Shown here: in pieces, positions 40,291 through 53,216 of the stretch
Layout of the letters: every line of letters begins with the position of its first letter
How positions within the stretch are numbered: the stretch's first letter is position 1
Assembly (NCBI RefSeq): GCF_001194135.2
Contig: NC_068982.1
Location: 6,574,359-6,638,358, forward strand
Source of the DNA: Octopus bimaculoides
Taxonomy: Eukaryota
Length of the DNA: 64,000 nt
Direction: 5' to 3'
Notes under the pieces: model-generated
What the model was told of the DNA's origin: nothing
Databases searched by the model: none
The model's input: the letters and a program-made list of their open reading frames with translations, nothing else
Translations under genes and position numbers: made by a program

Positions 40291-41190
40291 GTAGGAGATA
40301 GGAACAAAAACATTCTGTTAACAGTCCCTTGTTATTAGGAACAAGTTGCAATAACAAATGACATTACATCTGATGTTGTCATAATTAATTAAGAGTGAAA
40401 ATACACTTCCAAAAATGTTTACAATAATCTTTTTTTAATTTAAGCTATTGTTTGAGTATTTGAATATGGCACATAACTTTTATTGGTCTTTTTCTGTTCA
40501 CTTAATCAAACAGGTTTCTTTTCTATATGCAATTTTTTTTTTGTTAGAGCAGGCCAAGCACTTAATTGCAAAAACACAATTGCTCTCCATCTGATCTGAG
40601 TGTGGGTTTCTCTTCCAAGCTCTCTGGATAAGGATTCTTCTCCTTTCTGACATCACAGATATTAAAAATGGTAACCCATGAATTTCTCACAATGCAACAT
40701 AATTGATTACTGAGAGAGAGAGAGAGAGAGAGGGGGGAATGAAAGACAAGAATAATCTCTCATACATGACTTTTACTTTATTTGTTGACCCAGAAGGGAC
40801 GAAAGGCAAAGTTGATTGCAGTAGAGTTCTATCTGATCACTCTACTAATTTACTGCTAAACGGAAAAAAAAAAAAAAAAATTAATGGGAAACATATGTAA
40901 TCACATACATAAAAGTCAAAATTATCAGAGAGGTGGAAATAAAGTCTTCATCTCTTGTTAATATCAAAGTAATATTATTATTATTATTATTATGTTGTTA
41001 TTTTTCTTCTTTCTTCAAATTTTCTTCCATTTCTCACCAAGTGTTTTCCGTACACCTAGGGTAGAGAAACCCGTTGTATGCATTCCCAGTTTACACACGC
41101 AAATTCACAGGTAAAACATGTATTTAAGAAAAAAAAAAAAATTTCATGAATAGATGTTATTTTCACAGCGATAATGCTCTTCTCAGTACA

Positions 41191-41244
<54 letters not shown>

Positions 41245-41269
41245 TATTATTATTATTATTGTTGTTCAG

Positions 41270-41727
41270 AAGTTTTATTTTTATAACGCGCTTTCTCTTC
41301 ACTACTGAGTGCAGCTCTGTGTGCTTAGGGTATGTGCTGTGGTTTGCTGTGGTGCTCTTATGGTTACTGTATTCAATGTGCTTTGCGTAGGATGTGTGCA
41401 GTGCCTAATAGTGCTACTTTCTTTGTGTTATATATATATTTGTAAGTCCTGCTGTTTTTGTTATGTTTTTATCATACCTAATGCGCCCACTACGATAGGA
41501 ANNNNNNNNNNTGTATTTTGAAAGTTTCTCCATTTCTTTTAGAGAAACGTTGTCATCTGTTGGTATTGATACATCAATTAGAAAACATTTTTTTCTTCAT
41601 GATCTCTGACAACTATATCTGGCCTATTGGCCTCAATTTCTCTATCTGTGTGTATTAGCATATCCCATAGTATGGTTGCTTTCTCATTTTCTGTTACCTT
41701 TTCTGGTATGTACTTATACCATCTTTA
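41270..41727 (-). mobile_element. R4/Dong-like non-LTR 3' end in (TAA)n tract
   Basis: ENEKATILWDMLIHTDREIEANRPDIVVRD ... IVVGALG ... KVALLGTAHILRK, then 3' UTR with AATAAA. (ATT)n on both sides. Confidence 0.8.
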
Positions 41728-42019
41728 TTACTATTATTATTATTATTATCATCATTATTATTATTGTTGTTGTTGTTGTTAACATTTCATTTCTCAGAAA
41801 TCTCTGCCTTACTTGCTCTGGTTGATTCTGTGAGAGTGCACAACAACCTGTTGTCAGAGGTTTCACAGAGTCTCCTTCCAAGACTTGCTACTTGAATTTT
41901 TACTATCATGGAAGATACTCAGCACCCAATCACCCCCACTATCACCTAATTAATCACTATTATTATTATTATTATTATTTGATGGAAACTCACACCTTAT
42001 TTTGCTGAGTATGATGGAA

Positions 42020-42262
42020 GGTGTCAGCTGTCCGCAGCCAGCAGACTAAGGTGACCCTTGTTTACTGGTCATGCTTCAAGAACTCTGGGAAGAATTCTTG
42101 CAGTTCCAAGCAATGCTGGTTTTTGTAGGTCTTTTATCTTTATATCTGCACCAATCTTTTTGAGCTATGTTGGTAGTTGACTGCTGATATTTGCAAATGT
42201 GCCAATTACTATTGGTGCCACGTCTACTCTCCTCATTGACCACAACCTTTGTATTTCTCACT
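42020..42262 (-). mobile_element. R4/Dong-like RLE C-terminal fragment
   Basis: EIQRLWSMRRVDVAPIVIGT...DLQKPALLGTARIL. Confidence 0.75.
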
Positions 42263-42646
42263 TCAATTTTCGTGCAAAAGTTGGTTTAATCGCTCTTCAT
42301 GGAACTCAACTGGATGGCCAGAATGAGGTGCATCTTTGAGGTCAAAATTTCCATTTTTGAACTTGGCATACCAATCATGAGTGCTTCTTTCAGCTATGGC
42401 ACCCTCTCCATACACATCACAAATGTCGTGAGCAGCTTTTGCAGCATTAGAACCTTGATTAAAAGCAAAAGAAGGAGGTGTCGAAAATACTCGTCTTTCT
42501 TAACTTGACATTCCAATTTAATGATCTGAAAATAAACAAAAATTAACTAAATTTAACTAGAAAAAAAAAATAGATTCCAAAATGATTCAAAAATAGAATT
42601 CTTAAGAAAAATAGATTCCAAAATTTAAAAACGCAATAAATTCCAA
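42262..42646 (-). mobile_element. Mariner 5' fragment (different subfamily)
   Basis: Minus strand: ECQVKKDEYFRHLLLFAFNQGSNAAKAAHDICDVYGEGAIAERSTHDWYAKFKNGNFDLKDAPHSGHPVEF. Runs into an N-gap. Confidence 0.85.
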
Positions 42647-42946
42647 NNNNNNNNNNNNNNNNNNNNNNNNNNNNNNNNNNNNNNNNNNNNNNNNNNNNNN
42701 NNNNNNNNNNNNNNNNNNNNNNNNNNNNNNNNNNNNNNNNNNNNNNNNNNNNNNNNNNNNNNNNNNNNNNNNNNNNNNNNNNNNNNNNNNNNNNNNNNNN
42801 NNNNNNNNNNNNNNNNNNNNNNNNNNNNNNNNNNNNNNNNNNNNNNNNNNNNNNNNNNNNNNNNNNNNNNNNNNNNNNNNNNNNNNNNNNNNNNNNNNNN
42901 NNNNNNNNNNNNNNNNNNNNNNNNNNNNNNNNNNNNNNNNNNNNNN

Positions 42947-43230
42947 TGGATTGCCCTTTCAAATGCCAACCACTTTACAGTGTGGACTGGGTGCTTCTTT
43001 ACATGGCACCAACATTGGCAAAGGTCACCAAGTAACTTGTAAGACAAGGAATCTTTGAAAGAGGAGGGGGGGCATTGGAGGAGGGGATCTTGTGTCAGAG
43101 GATGAAAGGTTAGAGTGTGACAGAAAGACAGAGAGACACAAACAGGTGTCTTGCCGTAGAGGAAATACGTGGTTACCTGGCCAGAGAGAGGTGGGGAGGG
43201 AGTTAACAAGAATGAGAACAGAAACAGGTG
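42947..43230 (-). mobile_element. RTE 3' UTR (second subfamily)
   Basis: GGATTGCCCTTTCAAATGCCAACCACTTTACAGTGTGG... Confidence 0.75.
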
Positions 43231-43479
43231 TGCTGCTGTAAAGGAGATGCATGGAGATACAACCTGAGGGAAGAGCAGGAGAAGGAGAGAGGGACAGAGA
43301 GGAGAAGATAGCAAAGATGCAAGAGGGCGCAGGAGAGAGAGATGGAGGCAAAGTGCTGGGCTATACTCACAAGAAACGGGAGTGTATATATGCTTACATG
43401 CATGTATATGCATCTCTCTCTCTATGTTACTCTCTGACTCACTCTCCTTTTTTTCCAACAAGGGCAATCCATTTATATA

Positions 43480-44075
43480 CAGTGAGACGCCTGTCTCTGT
43501 CCCTCTATACCTTTAATCTCTCAAATGGCACAAATCCACCCCCCTCAATACCACTCCCCTTTCTCAATTGAGGATTTTTGCTTGTTTTTGTCTTGCAAGA
43601 TACTTGGTGACACTATCGGCGATGGTGCCACATAGAAAGCATGCAGCCCGCTCTGCAAAGTGGTTGGCTGTAGGAAGGGCATCCAGCTGTAGAAACCATA
43701 CTAAAGTAGTCAATGGAGACCGATATGGTTCCTGGCTTTGCCAGCTTCTGTCAAAACCCTTTCAACTCATGACAGCATGGAAAACAGTTGTTAAGTCAAG
43801 ATGATGATGATGATGATACATAAGTGTAATATTTTCACATTCTCAAAATGTACTTATGCTTTTAAAATGTCTGTGCTGGTGACACGTAAAACGCACCCAT
43901 TACAATCTCAGAGTGGTTGGCGTTAGGAAGGGCATCCAGCTATAGAAACTTTGCCAGATCGGATTGGAGCCTGGTGCAGCCTTCTGGTTTGCCAGTCCTC
44001 AGTCCTCAGTCAAACTGTCCAACCCATGCTAGCATGGAAAGCAGACGTTAAACAATGGTTTATGATCATGATCAT
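43480..44075 (+). mobile_element. Two tandem RTE 3' UTR fragments
   Basis: Tails near 43800 and 44050. Confidence 0.8.
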
Positions 44076-44819
44076 GATATCTCTTTTAACAATTATTTCT
44101 AAGTTTGAATTATCGGATTTAAATGTTATAAGCAAGAATGCATTGCAGAATTATTGGGACAATTGTCATTTGCAGCTGGTTAGAGTTATTTCTACTCTAG
44201 CCATTCAACAATGAGTTATGCCATTTTTAGGCATTTAACAGGAAGATGCCACCATTTTAGTGATCATTAAAGTATCCAAACCTAAATGATATTTGGCTAA
44301 TTAACCACTTATTAATATATATTCTTAGACACACACTGGGCAAAATGCTTAGTGGTATTTCATCTGTCTTTACATTCTGAGTTCAAATTCAGCTGAGGTC
44401 AACTTTGCCTTTCATCCTTTCGGGGTTGAAAAATTAAGTACCAGTTGAACACTGGGGTCGATGTAATCAACTAGTCCTCTCTGCAAACATTCTGGGTTTT
44501 GTACCTAGAGTATATATTCTTAGACAATTTTGATGCTAGATTTGGAAATTTCCTGGCATTAAATGAAATTTTTATTTCTTACACATTGCTGTCATCTTTT
44601 ATATCTTCTATCTTTTACTTGTTTTAGTCATTAGACTTTGGCCATGCTGGGGCACTACCTTGAAGAATTTTAACTGAACAAATCAACCCTAATACTGAGT
44701 TTGTTTTTAAAGTCTGTTACTTATTTCATTGGTCTCTGAGGACGTAAACACACCTACACCGGTTGTCAAATGGTGGTGGGTAACAAACACAGACACAAAG
44801 ATAAACACACATTGGTATT

Positions 44820-45262
44820 ATCATCATCATCATTATCAACATCATCATCGTTTAACGTCCGTTTTCCATGCTGGCATGGGTTGGACGGTTCGATCGGGTT
44901 CTGGGAAGCCAGGATGCTGCCCCAGGCTCCAGTCTGATCTGGCAATGTTTCTACAGCTGGATGCCCTTCCTAACACCAACCCCTGTGTGAGTGTAGTGAA
45001 TGCTTTTTACGTGCCACCGGCACAGGGGCTGGAGGAGGCTGGCAATGGCCATGATCGGTTGGTGCTTTTTGCGTGCCACCGGCACGGAAGCCAGTCAAGG
45101 CGGCACTGGCATCGGCCATGTTCGGCTGGTGCTTTTCACATGCCACCGGCACAGGTATCACAACTACAATTTCCATTTGATTTTCATTTTGATGTTGGTG
45201 TACTTGACTCTGTAGGTCTCCTCAAGCACAGCAGGTCGCCCTACAATCCAAGGTATGCATGA
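44820..45262 (-). mobile_element. RTE 3' UTR with internal tandem units
   Basis: (CAT)n then CGTTTAACGTCCG... Confidence 0.85.
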
Positions 45263-46354
45263 CAACCAATATTTTTAGACGCAGTTCACCACTGCTCATA
45301 GCATACACCTGCTATGACCTTTTACAAAAAGTTTTGTCTTCTTCAACTCAATGAAGGAGATCCTCCTCAGTTGAAACCCGACCATCTTTTCTGAGACTCT
45401 ACACACTTTACTTCCAAGCATCATTATAAACATTATAAAAGAGAGCAAAAATGTCATAATTTTGTGTGCAGGCACAACAGAGGCGAAGGTCAATCTGTGC
45501 CAAGTGGCTTCACCCTGCATATTTTAATTCTGTTGCCATAGTAACAGTAACAGTCCCAATACGTTTTAATCAGACCACCTATAATATCTACAAAGAGATA
45601 GAAATTTCTTCACCTCACAACAGTATATGTGTGTGTCGCAAGCCACTGATGGAGCTTTTTTGACCTGCTAGACATAGCAGCCAAATCTCCTCAAAACACA
45701 TTCTGACATCTTTAATAAAACAAACAAAAAATGTACAGATTGGGTAACGTGGTTTTGTTACATTTGGTCTGAAGAAATGGAAGGAAAAAGATCCATTTAG
45801 GCATTGCTCTGCTCGGAATAGGGCTGACCTGGGGCTAAACATTAACAACAGTCCCTACTATTATCAAACATTGACAACAACAATCCAATGAGGGATCCTC
45901 TAATTAGTCAATTAACCAGCTAAAAATAACAGTTGCTCTCCTTCAAGTTACATTCTGTTGTCTTAAAAAGGACTATGTACACAATATTGTGTAGTCCTAG
46001 ATATACTACGTCTGAAAATAAGTTGGTATGGACAAGCTAGAACAATATTTATGATAATATAAACAGCAACAAGAACAACAATGTTAAATTTCTATTGCTA
46101 ATATTTGATCTTTTTTTGTTGTTGTTTCTTTTTTTTGTTGCCTTCGAAATGTTTCTCATTTCCTGTCTTCTTTCCAAGCAACAACAACAACTACAACAAC
46201 ACTCACAAAGAAGACAATAATAAAAATAAAATATTTCCATAAATCTCACCTCGGCAACATCATTAAAAACCGTATATCATGAACAACAACAACAGCAACA
46301 ACAACATCGAATGCAACTGCCATAAAGTCACCAATATTAAAAATAGCAACCATA

Positions 46355-47100
46355 GCAGGTGTGGCTGGGTGGTAAGAAGTTTGCTTCCCAACCACATGGT
46401 TCCAGGTTCAGTCCTACTGCTTGACACCTAGGCTAAGTGCCCTTATATTATATGCACAAGTGACCAAAACCTTGTGAGTGAATTTGGTAGATGAAAACTG
46501 AAAGAAGCCCCTGATATATATATTCTTTTATTCTTTTACTTGTTTCAGTCATTTGACTGCAGTCATGCTGGAGCACTGCTTTTAGTCAGACAAATCAACC
46601 CCAGGTCTTATTCTTTGTAAGCCTAGTACTTATTTTATCGGTCTCTTTTGCTGAAACGCTAAGTTACAGGGACACAAACACACCAACATCAGTTGTCAAG
46701 CAATGGTGAGAGAGGACAAACAGACACACAAACATATATATTTATACATATATGACAGGCTTTTTTCAGTTTCTGTCTACGAAATCCACTCACAAGGCTG
46801 TGGCCAGCCTGAGACTATAGTTGAAGACACTTGCCCAGAGTGCCATGCAGTGGTACTGAACTCAGAACCATGGGGTTGGGAAGCAAGCTTCTTACCACAC
46901 AGCCACACCTGTATGATATGGATATATCATATGTTCTTGTGTCTGCATTTGTCCCCCACCACGTGTTGACCAGTGTTGCCCTGTAACTTAGCAGTCTGGC
47001 AACAGAGACTATTAGAAGACGTACCAGGTTTAAAAATAAAATAAAATAAACGGGAATCGATTATTTCAACTAAAATTCCTCAAAGTAGGACCCCAGCATC
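46355..47100. mobile_element. Nested SINE B: plus copy (46355-46522 and 46915-47100) interrupted by a minus copy (46523-46914)
   Basis: 5' and 3' halves of the plus copy flank a complete reverse copy at the TA-rich spacer. Confidence 0.8.
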
Positions 47101-47399
47101 TCTCTCTCTCTCTCTCTTGTGTCATGCCCAATTCATGCCGCTGATGAACCATGGTTTGTTCCTCCTTCATTTATTTCTGTCTCACAACATCACCCAAGTC
47201 TTTCTCGCTCTGCACATTCATTCTCTTCATCCAGTCGAACATCTTCAGCCTCTGCCTTCCTCTCGCTCTCCCTCCCACCAGCTCAGTCTCCTCCATATAA
47301 CGCTCCAATCCGTCATCCTCTCTGAGAAAATGACCAACAAATCTCCACTGTCTCTTTCTCTCTGATAGTATCCATCAACTGTCTCTTCACTTTCATCTT

Positions 47400-47570
47400 C
47401 TTCATCACTTCCACATTCGTCACCCTCTGTACCCATGAGATTCTCAGCATTTTTCTATAAAACCATATTTCTGCAGCTTTCAGTCTCTTTTCCATGACCT
47501 TACTTATCGTCCAAGACTCACATCCATATGGACATCCATATGGACATCCATACTGCTGACTAATGACTGA
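47400..47570 (-). mobile_element. RTE-type LINE C-terminal fragment (second family)
   Basis: YGCESWTISKVMEKRLKAAEIWFYRKMLRISWVQRVTN. The 12-bp unit CATCCATATGGA is repeated tandemly. Confidence 0.8.
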
Positions 47571-48244
47571 AACAAAAGATGAAAGAGAGCAACTCTGAAG
47601 AGGAGGTTCCACATTGTCATTCCAACAGTTAGAAATAGCAGCCAGTCTCTGTCAAAAAATAGACTTTAGCCTTAAAAAGAAAAATACATGGGATAATGTG
47701 GCTGAAGGTTCCTTATTTTTAGGAAAAAGATGGGATGGTCACTGTTGGAATTACTATGCTTTTGATCATAGACCTACTTGATCAGGTATAATTTAGGGTT
47801 AAAGAACAATGATAAAACCAGTAACAAATCCAACAACAACACCAGCCAAAGTGGGGCCCTGTATGGTCGACTAAGAATATCCGCTTCCACATGTGTCGTG
47901 TCCATTCTTCAATCTCTGGCAAAAGACATTAATTCTATGAGCAAAGTTTGGCTTTATGATAATGCATAAGATGAAGAAACATGGCCAATAAAAGAAATGA
48001 TTACAGAATATTTTCAGTATTGATTTTATGTGCTGGGTGATATTAAAGAATATGTGTTAGATAACCAACTAAACATTAGAGACACTAATAAGAACTAGCA
48101 AAAGAGAAAGAAACATTGGCAGAAGCATGTCTGCCAAATAGATGATATTCATAAATTTAATTCAAAAGGTAGGCAAAATAAATAAAAGATACTTATTTGT
48201 ATAAATTAAATTCAATCTCTGAAATAGAAGCCGTCATCTTTGTT

Positions 48245-48440
48245 GTCAGTCGTCATTGTCATCATTTTACATCCATTTTCTATGTTGGCATGAGTTGAAC
48301 GATTTGACAAAAGCTGGAGAGCTATGTCAGGCTCCAATTGTCTGCTGCTTTGGCATGGTTTCTACTGCTGGATGCCTTTCCTTATGCCAACGACTTTCCA
48401 AAGTGTACTCGGTCATTTCATGCAGCATCGCCATGGATTG
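48245..48440 (-). mobile_element. RTE 3' UTR fragment, diverged
   Basis: CTACTGCTGGATGCCTTTCCTTATGCCAAC. Confidence 0.7.
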
Positions 48441-48789
48441 ACTCATAAAATGTCACAGAATATCATCAATGCAAAACCTGTTGACCATCAGACAATTATA
48501 TCCAAGACTTTAAATGTTAAAAAAATCCTTTCAAATATTAAACACCCATGGATTCACGGCTTGTCCTCGGTGTACATTGCATGAAATATGCACGAGGGAA
48601 GTTTTACACTGGATATTTCTGCAGAAGGCATTGAAGTTGGCCCATATGCAATTCAATCACATATTAACATGGCTATGGCTATTTTCATCCAGGAAATACT
48701 TAATGATGTCTGGACTTGACTATGATTGCTTAGTAACCCCCTTCGGACTCAACCTTTGGCACACGCTACATTTTGAAAATGTGAAGACA

Positions 48790-49050
48790 CATGGCATTAG
48801 AAGTTTGAGATATTGCACTCATGATCCCAAGATCATGGTTTTGACTCTCAGACTGGCTGCGCATTGTGTTCTTCAGGAAAATGTTTCATTTCTTGCTGCA
48901 CCAGTCCACTCAGCTGTAAAGGGGTGCACCCAGCTATGGACTAGACTTTCAATCACAAGGAATGTTAGCCTGTTCACCTCGCCAGCAATGTGGCATCGTT
49001 TGTAAGCTGAAATAATGTGAAACATACCATGACCAGCATGTACAAAAACA
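48790..49050 (+). mobile_element. tRNA-derived SINE family D (diverged)
   Basis: tRNA-like head then GCATTGTGTTCTT...CCAGTCCACTCAGCTG. Probably related pieces at 9625-9812 and 52545-52720 (-). Confidence 0.55.
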
Positions 49051-49065
49051 TCTGATAGTCTATTC

Positions 49066-49368
49066 CAGTGCTTCTTAAACTATGAGTCACAACCCCAAAT
49101 GGAATCACAAAGCGAAATGCTGGGGTTGCAAAAATTAGATTCAAACATTTGAATTTTAGTTTAGCTGTTATTTCACAAATGCACAAATAATAAAACTACT
49201 TTTATTTTGACAAATAATATAACTACTTTATTTCATATGTTCAGCAAAAAAAAAAAAAAATGATTTATGCATTTATTTGTATGTTTTGTTTCATATCTAA
49301 TACCTGGTGTCGCAAAAATCTCGTGAACAAAAATGGTGTCATGAATGAAAAAAGTTTAAGAAGTGCTG
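49066..49368. mobile_element. hAT (Charlie-like) MITE
   Basis: TIRs CAGTGCTTCTTAAACT / AGTTTAAGAAGTGCTG. 8-bp TSD GTCTATTC / ATCTATTC. Confidence 0.85.
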
Positions 49369-49796
49369 ATCTATTCAATACTGTGATACTGTAAATTCGA
49401 AAATTAATGTTAAAACAATGCTGATTATAATCCTTTTCTTTACTCTGAGTAAAGAAGATCATAAAAGATATGTCAATAATTAGTTAAATATATAACAATA
49501 GTTATACATAAATCAATCAATATTTTTTTATTAATAATAAGTCTTATCTTTTGCTTAGGACATGAACAACTTTTGTAATAAAAAATGTGTAATCACCTTA
49601 TCTTGCTCTTATTTAATGTTGGTACTTTATTAGAAACATGAAAGGCAAAACAGATTCTAACATTCAAAATCAGTAAATAGAGACATTTACTCTAGCATAT
49701 TTTTTCCCCCTAATAACACTCTGCCAAAATTAATATAGTTTGTATCTGAAGTTGTTCACATATAATAGCTGAAGCAAAATCCACTATTTAGCTTAA

Positions 49797-50139
49797 CCCT
49801 TTAAGTCTCAGAGTAATTAAATTTCTACCACCTGACTGGCCCTCGTGCCAGTGGCACGTAAAAGCACCCACTACACTCTCGGAGTGATTGGCGTTAGGAA
49901 GAGCATCCAGCTGTAGAAACTCTGCCAGATCAGATTGGAGCCTGGTGTAGCCATCTGGTTCACCAGTCCTCAGTCAAATTGTCCAACCCATGCTAGCATG
50001 GAAAGTGGACGTTAAACGATGATGATGATGATTGAAAATAGGTTTAAAAAAAGAAAAAAATAATTATTAAAACTCCTTTACTTCAAATAGAAATGAAAAT
50101 ATTCAGTGTCCTATTTATAGGACAGTGGGACTTAATGGG
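49797..50139. mobile_element. Second piggyBac-type MITE family with RTE tail inserted (49826-50031)
   Basis: TTAA|CCCTTTAAGTCTCA ... TGGGACTTAATGGG|TTAA. Confidence 0.8.
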
Positions 50140-50341
50140 TTAAAATATGATGTCTGCATCTTATTTCCTAAGCTGTTTACAAAGGATCATATTTTCCTGT
50201 ACGTATTCTCAGCTATTTAAATGGTTGGCCACTGATTTGCAGGTTTTCTATCAACAAAATTTGTTGCAATGAATCTTGAAATATCCAGTTGAGCAGAAGA
50301 TATACACATTACCATTTCTGGAATTTTATGTACATGTACAC

Positions 50342-50425
50342 CTTGTTTTACTTTCACAAATGTCTTTAGAGAATGGATCGTTCTTGGTTTGCTTGTTTGC
50401 TTTGAACCACTTGTTGTTCACAACT
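50342..50425 (-). CDS. Candidate internal exon (84 nt, phase 2-2)
   Basis: Acceptor TTTCTTAATATTTAG, donor AAG|GTGTAC. Reads VVNNKWFKANKQTKNDPFSKDICESKT, in frame with 56438-56550. Confidence 0.25.
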
Positions 50426-50690
50426 CTAAATATTAAGAAATAGATGTTTAAATATTCAGAGGGGTGCAAAAGTTGGTATTCAGTTACAAAAAAAAAAAGG
50501 AAACACATACAATACTCATTTATTTTTATCAAAAAAATTAAAAGTTACAATAAAAGTACTATTATAGTCATGATAAATGTATTATTATATTATGAAAATA
50601 TCAAAAATGAAGCTATCTTTTAATTTTATTTTTGATAATAATAAATGAGTATTGTATATGCTTCCTTTTTTCATAACTGTACACATACTT

Positions 50691-50845
50691 ATATATTATT
50701 TACATTTGATGGATATTTGTTCTCATCTTGTTTGTTGTTAACACAATGTTTCGGCTGATATACCCTCCAGCATTCATCAGGTGTCTTGGGAAATTTCAAA
50801 CCTGGGTTCTCGTTCCTAAGGTATTTTTTGTTGTTGTTGTTGTTA

Positions 50846-50887
<42 letters not shown>

Positions 50888-51166
50888 GCCCACGGGCATA
50901 TGGCATAGTGTTCAAGAGTGCAGGCTACTAACCCCAAGATTCCGAGTTTGATTCTAAGCAATGACATGAATAATAATAATAATAATAATAATATCAGAAA
51001 AATACCTTAGGAATGAGAACCCAGGTTTGAAATTTCCCCAAGACACATGATGAAAGCTGGAGAGTATATCAGCCGAAACGTTGTGTTAACAACAAACAAG
51101 ATGAGGACGAATATCCGTCAAATGTAAATAATGTACATAATTTCTCATCTCTTAAATATAGAACTG
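50691..51166. mobile_element. Composite hammerhead/tRNA-head element, copy 4 (most complete head)
   Basis: Same architecture. TSD TACACATACTT (50680-50690) / TATACATACTT (51167-51177). Inserted into the right TIR of a Tc1-type MITE. Confidence 0.85.
50888..50965 (+). promoter_or_regulatory. tRNA-like internal Pol III promoter (A box/B box) of the composite element
   Basis: A-box-like TGGCATAGTG (TGGCATAGTGG in the 32.9 kb copy), anticodon-arm-like GG CTACTAA CC, B-box-like GAGTTTGATTC. Confidence 0.6.
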
Positions 51167-52739
51167 TATACATACTTTTGCACCGTCCCTTTCAGTTCTA
51201 ATGGCTCCCTTAAAACTCAGTGTGAATCATTATGATGATGATAACTTTTTTCTTTCCAATATTCAAATGGCTTCCAGTCCTCCAATGTCAACTTTTTCTC
51301 AACTATAGCTTTAATCTCCATGCTTTCCAAACCTGTTGACTGTTCACCTCTACATCAAGACATCGAGTTGTTTCTGAAAGAGGGGAAACACAAAACTCAT
51401 CAAACTGAGCCCAAACAATGTGTGTGTGTGTGTGTACATATATAATTGTGTTTAACTGTCTCCTTGCCTTGACTTCATGTGATTGTTGTAAACGAATATC
51501 ACCGACATGCATGTGGTGTCCTCCATTTCATCTTCCCTAACAATAGTTGGTCATGGGGAAATATTACCAGGCTCAGAATCAGATGAGAGTTGGTGATGAG
51601 AAGAAGAGCATCTGGCTGTAGAAAATCTGCTTCATAAACATTTTATCTCTGATCTACACAAGCATAGAAAAATGGACATTAAAACGATGATGACGTTGGT
51701 GGTGGTGATGATGATGATGACGATGGTGATGGTGATGATGATGATGGGCGTTTTACAACATAACTTGATTAAAGTGAAGTGTTAAGGGCAATAGATGGAG
51801 TGAAATACGGGCAATAAAAAACCAGTGAAATTCAAAGTCAAGCTAATGCTGGGTTTAATATATTTAAAATGTAGATTCTGAACATAACCAAACATAAGTT
51901 TATCACTTCATCTTTATAACAAATGAAAGGAAGATAATCTTCCCACTAACCTGCTCACCCATTTATTTTCACCCAAAACTGTTTTGGTATAAAATATCTT
52001 TATAATGAGGCGCAAGAAAAGAGCATAATTGCATTGACTTGGACAAAACTGAACTGCACTAGACCAGACTGGAATGCATTAGCAAAATATGTGATCACAT
52101 AATATTCCAAACTGATTTTGTATGACTTGTGTATTATTTGATTCCATGTATTCATAATTTGAAGCAGAAAACAAGGGAGATATAATTAAATATTTATTCT
52201 ATGTTCACTCGGCTTAGAATACATTCCAGTTTTGATGTGTTGTAAGAGAAATTTCACACATGGGCGATAAATATGTGAACTCTTGTTATCTATTTTATAT
52301 CACAATTGGTGAAAAATAGTATCATTGTTAAGAGGCTTTCAAAGGGCCAATCACTGGTGCCTTGCATTTTGATGGCTTGAGTTACAAGGGGCTATGTGTA
52401 ATTTAGTGCATACGAACTTGTTTTCTTATAGATACTGGTAGCGAAAAAAATGCATACATTCACACAAGCAAACCCAGACGATACATGTCATCCGCCTCGT
52501 CATCGTCATTTAATATATATCTGCCATACTGGGGTAGGCCAATATTCCTTCTGATTGGAAGACTATTCCATCACAGGGTGATCTATTCACTGCTGAGTGG
52601 ACTGGACCCATGGGAAATGAAGTGTTTTCCTCAAGAATACAATACACTACCTAGTCTGGGAATCAAACCCACGATCTAGTGACTGTGAGTACAATATTGA
52701 AACCACCAGGTCATGCACCTTTATATAATTATATATATA

Positions 52740-53072
52740 GTCGTGGCCTATGCCAATGGCGCCTCATTGGTGGCATTGGCATAGGCCACATTGGCATAAG
52801 CCACCTGTGCTAGTGACATGTAAAAAGCATCATTCGAGCATGACTGATACCAGTGCTGCCTGACTGGCTTCTGTGCCAGTGACAAGTAAAAAGCACCCAC
52901 TACACTCTTGGAGTGGTTGGCGTTAGGAAGGGCATCGACCTGTAGAAACTTTGCCAGATCAGATTGGAGCCTGGTGCAGCCTCCTGGCTCACCAGTCCCC
53001 AGTCAAACCGTCCAACCCATGCCAGCATGGAAAGTGAACATTAAACAACAACAATGATGATGATGATGACAT
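52740..53072 (+). mobile_element. RTE 3' UTR fragment
   Basis: Family consensus match. Confidence 0.85.
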
Positions 53073-53075
53073 ATA

Positions 53076-53112
<37 letters not shown>

Positions 53113-53171
53113 ATGTATGTATATGTATATATATTCATATACACATGTATTTATGATATATATATATGTTG

Positions 53172-53216
<45 letters not shown>

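Larger units (their letters stand above)
50457..51190. mobile_element. Tc1-type MITE with ~60-bp TIRs, host of composite copy 4
   Basis: GGTGCAAAAGT...CAATACTCATTTATT at left; reverse complement at right once the insertion is removed. Confidence 0.65.

Noticed and set aside
42543-43467. 280-aa and 139-aa ORFs, and other X-containing ORFs
   Set aside because: Length comes from N-gaps plus antisense RTE UTR and purine-rich sequence.
48514-49005. 163-aa plus-strand ORF
   Set aside because: Its 3' half is a SINE and no domain is recognisable.
49283-49390. Apparent minus-strand exon with good splice sites
   Set aside because: It overlaps the right part of a hAT MITE with TIR and TSD.
50888-50965. 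Functional tRNA gene
   Set aside because: No acceptor stem pairing; it is a SINE-type head inside a repeat.
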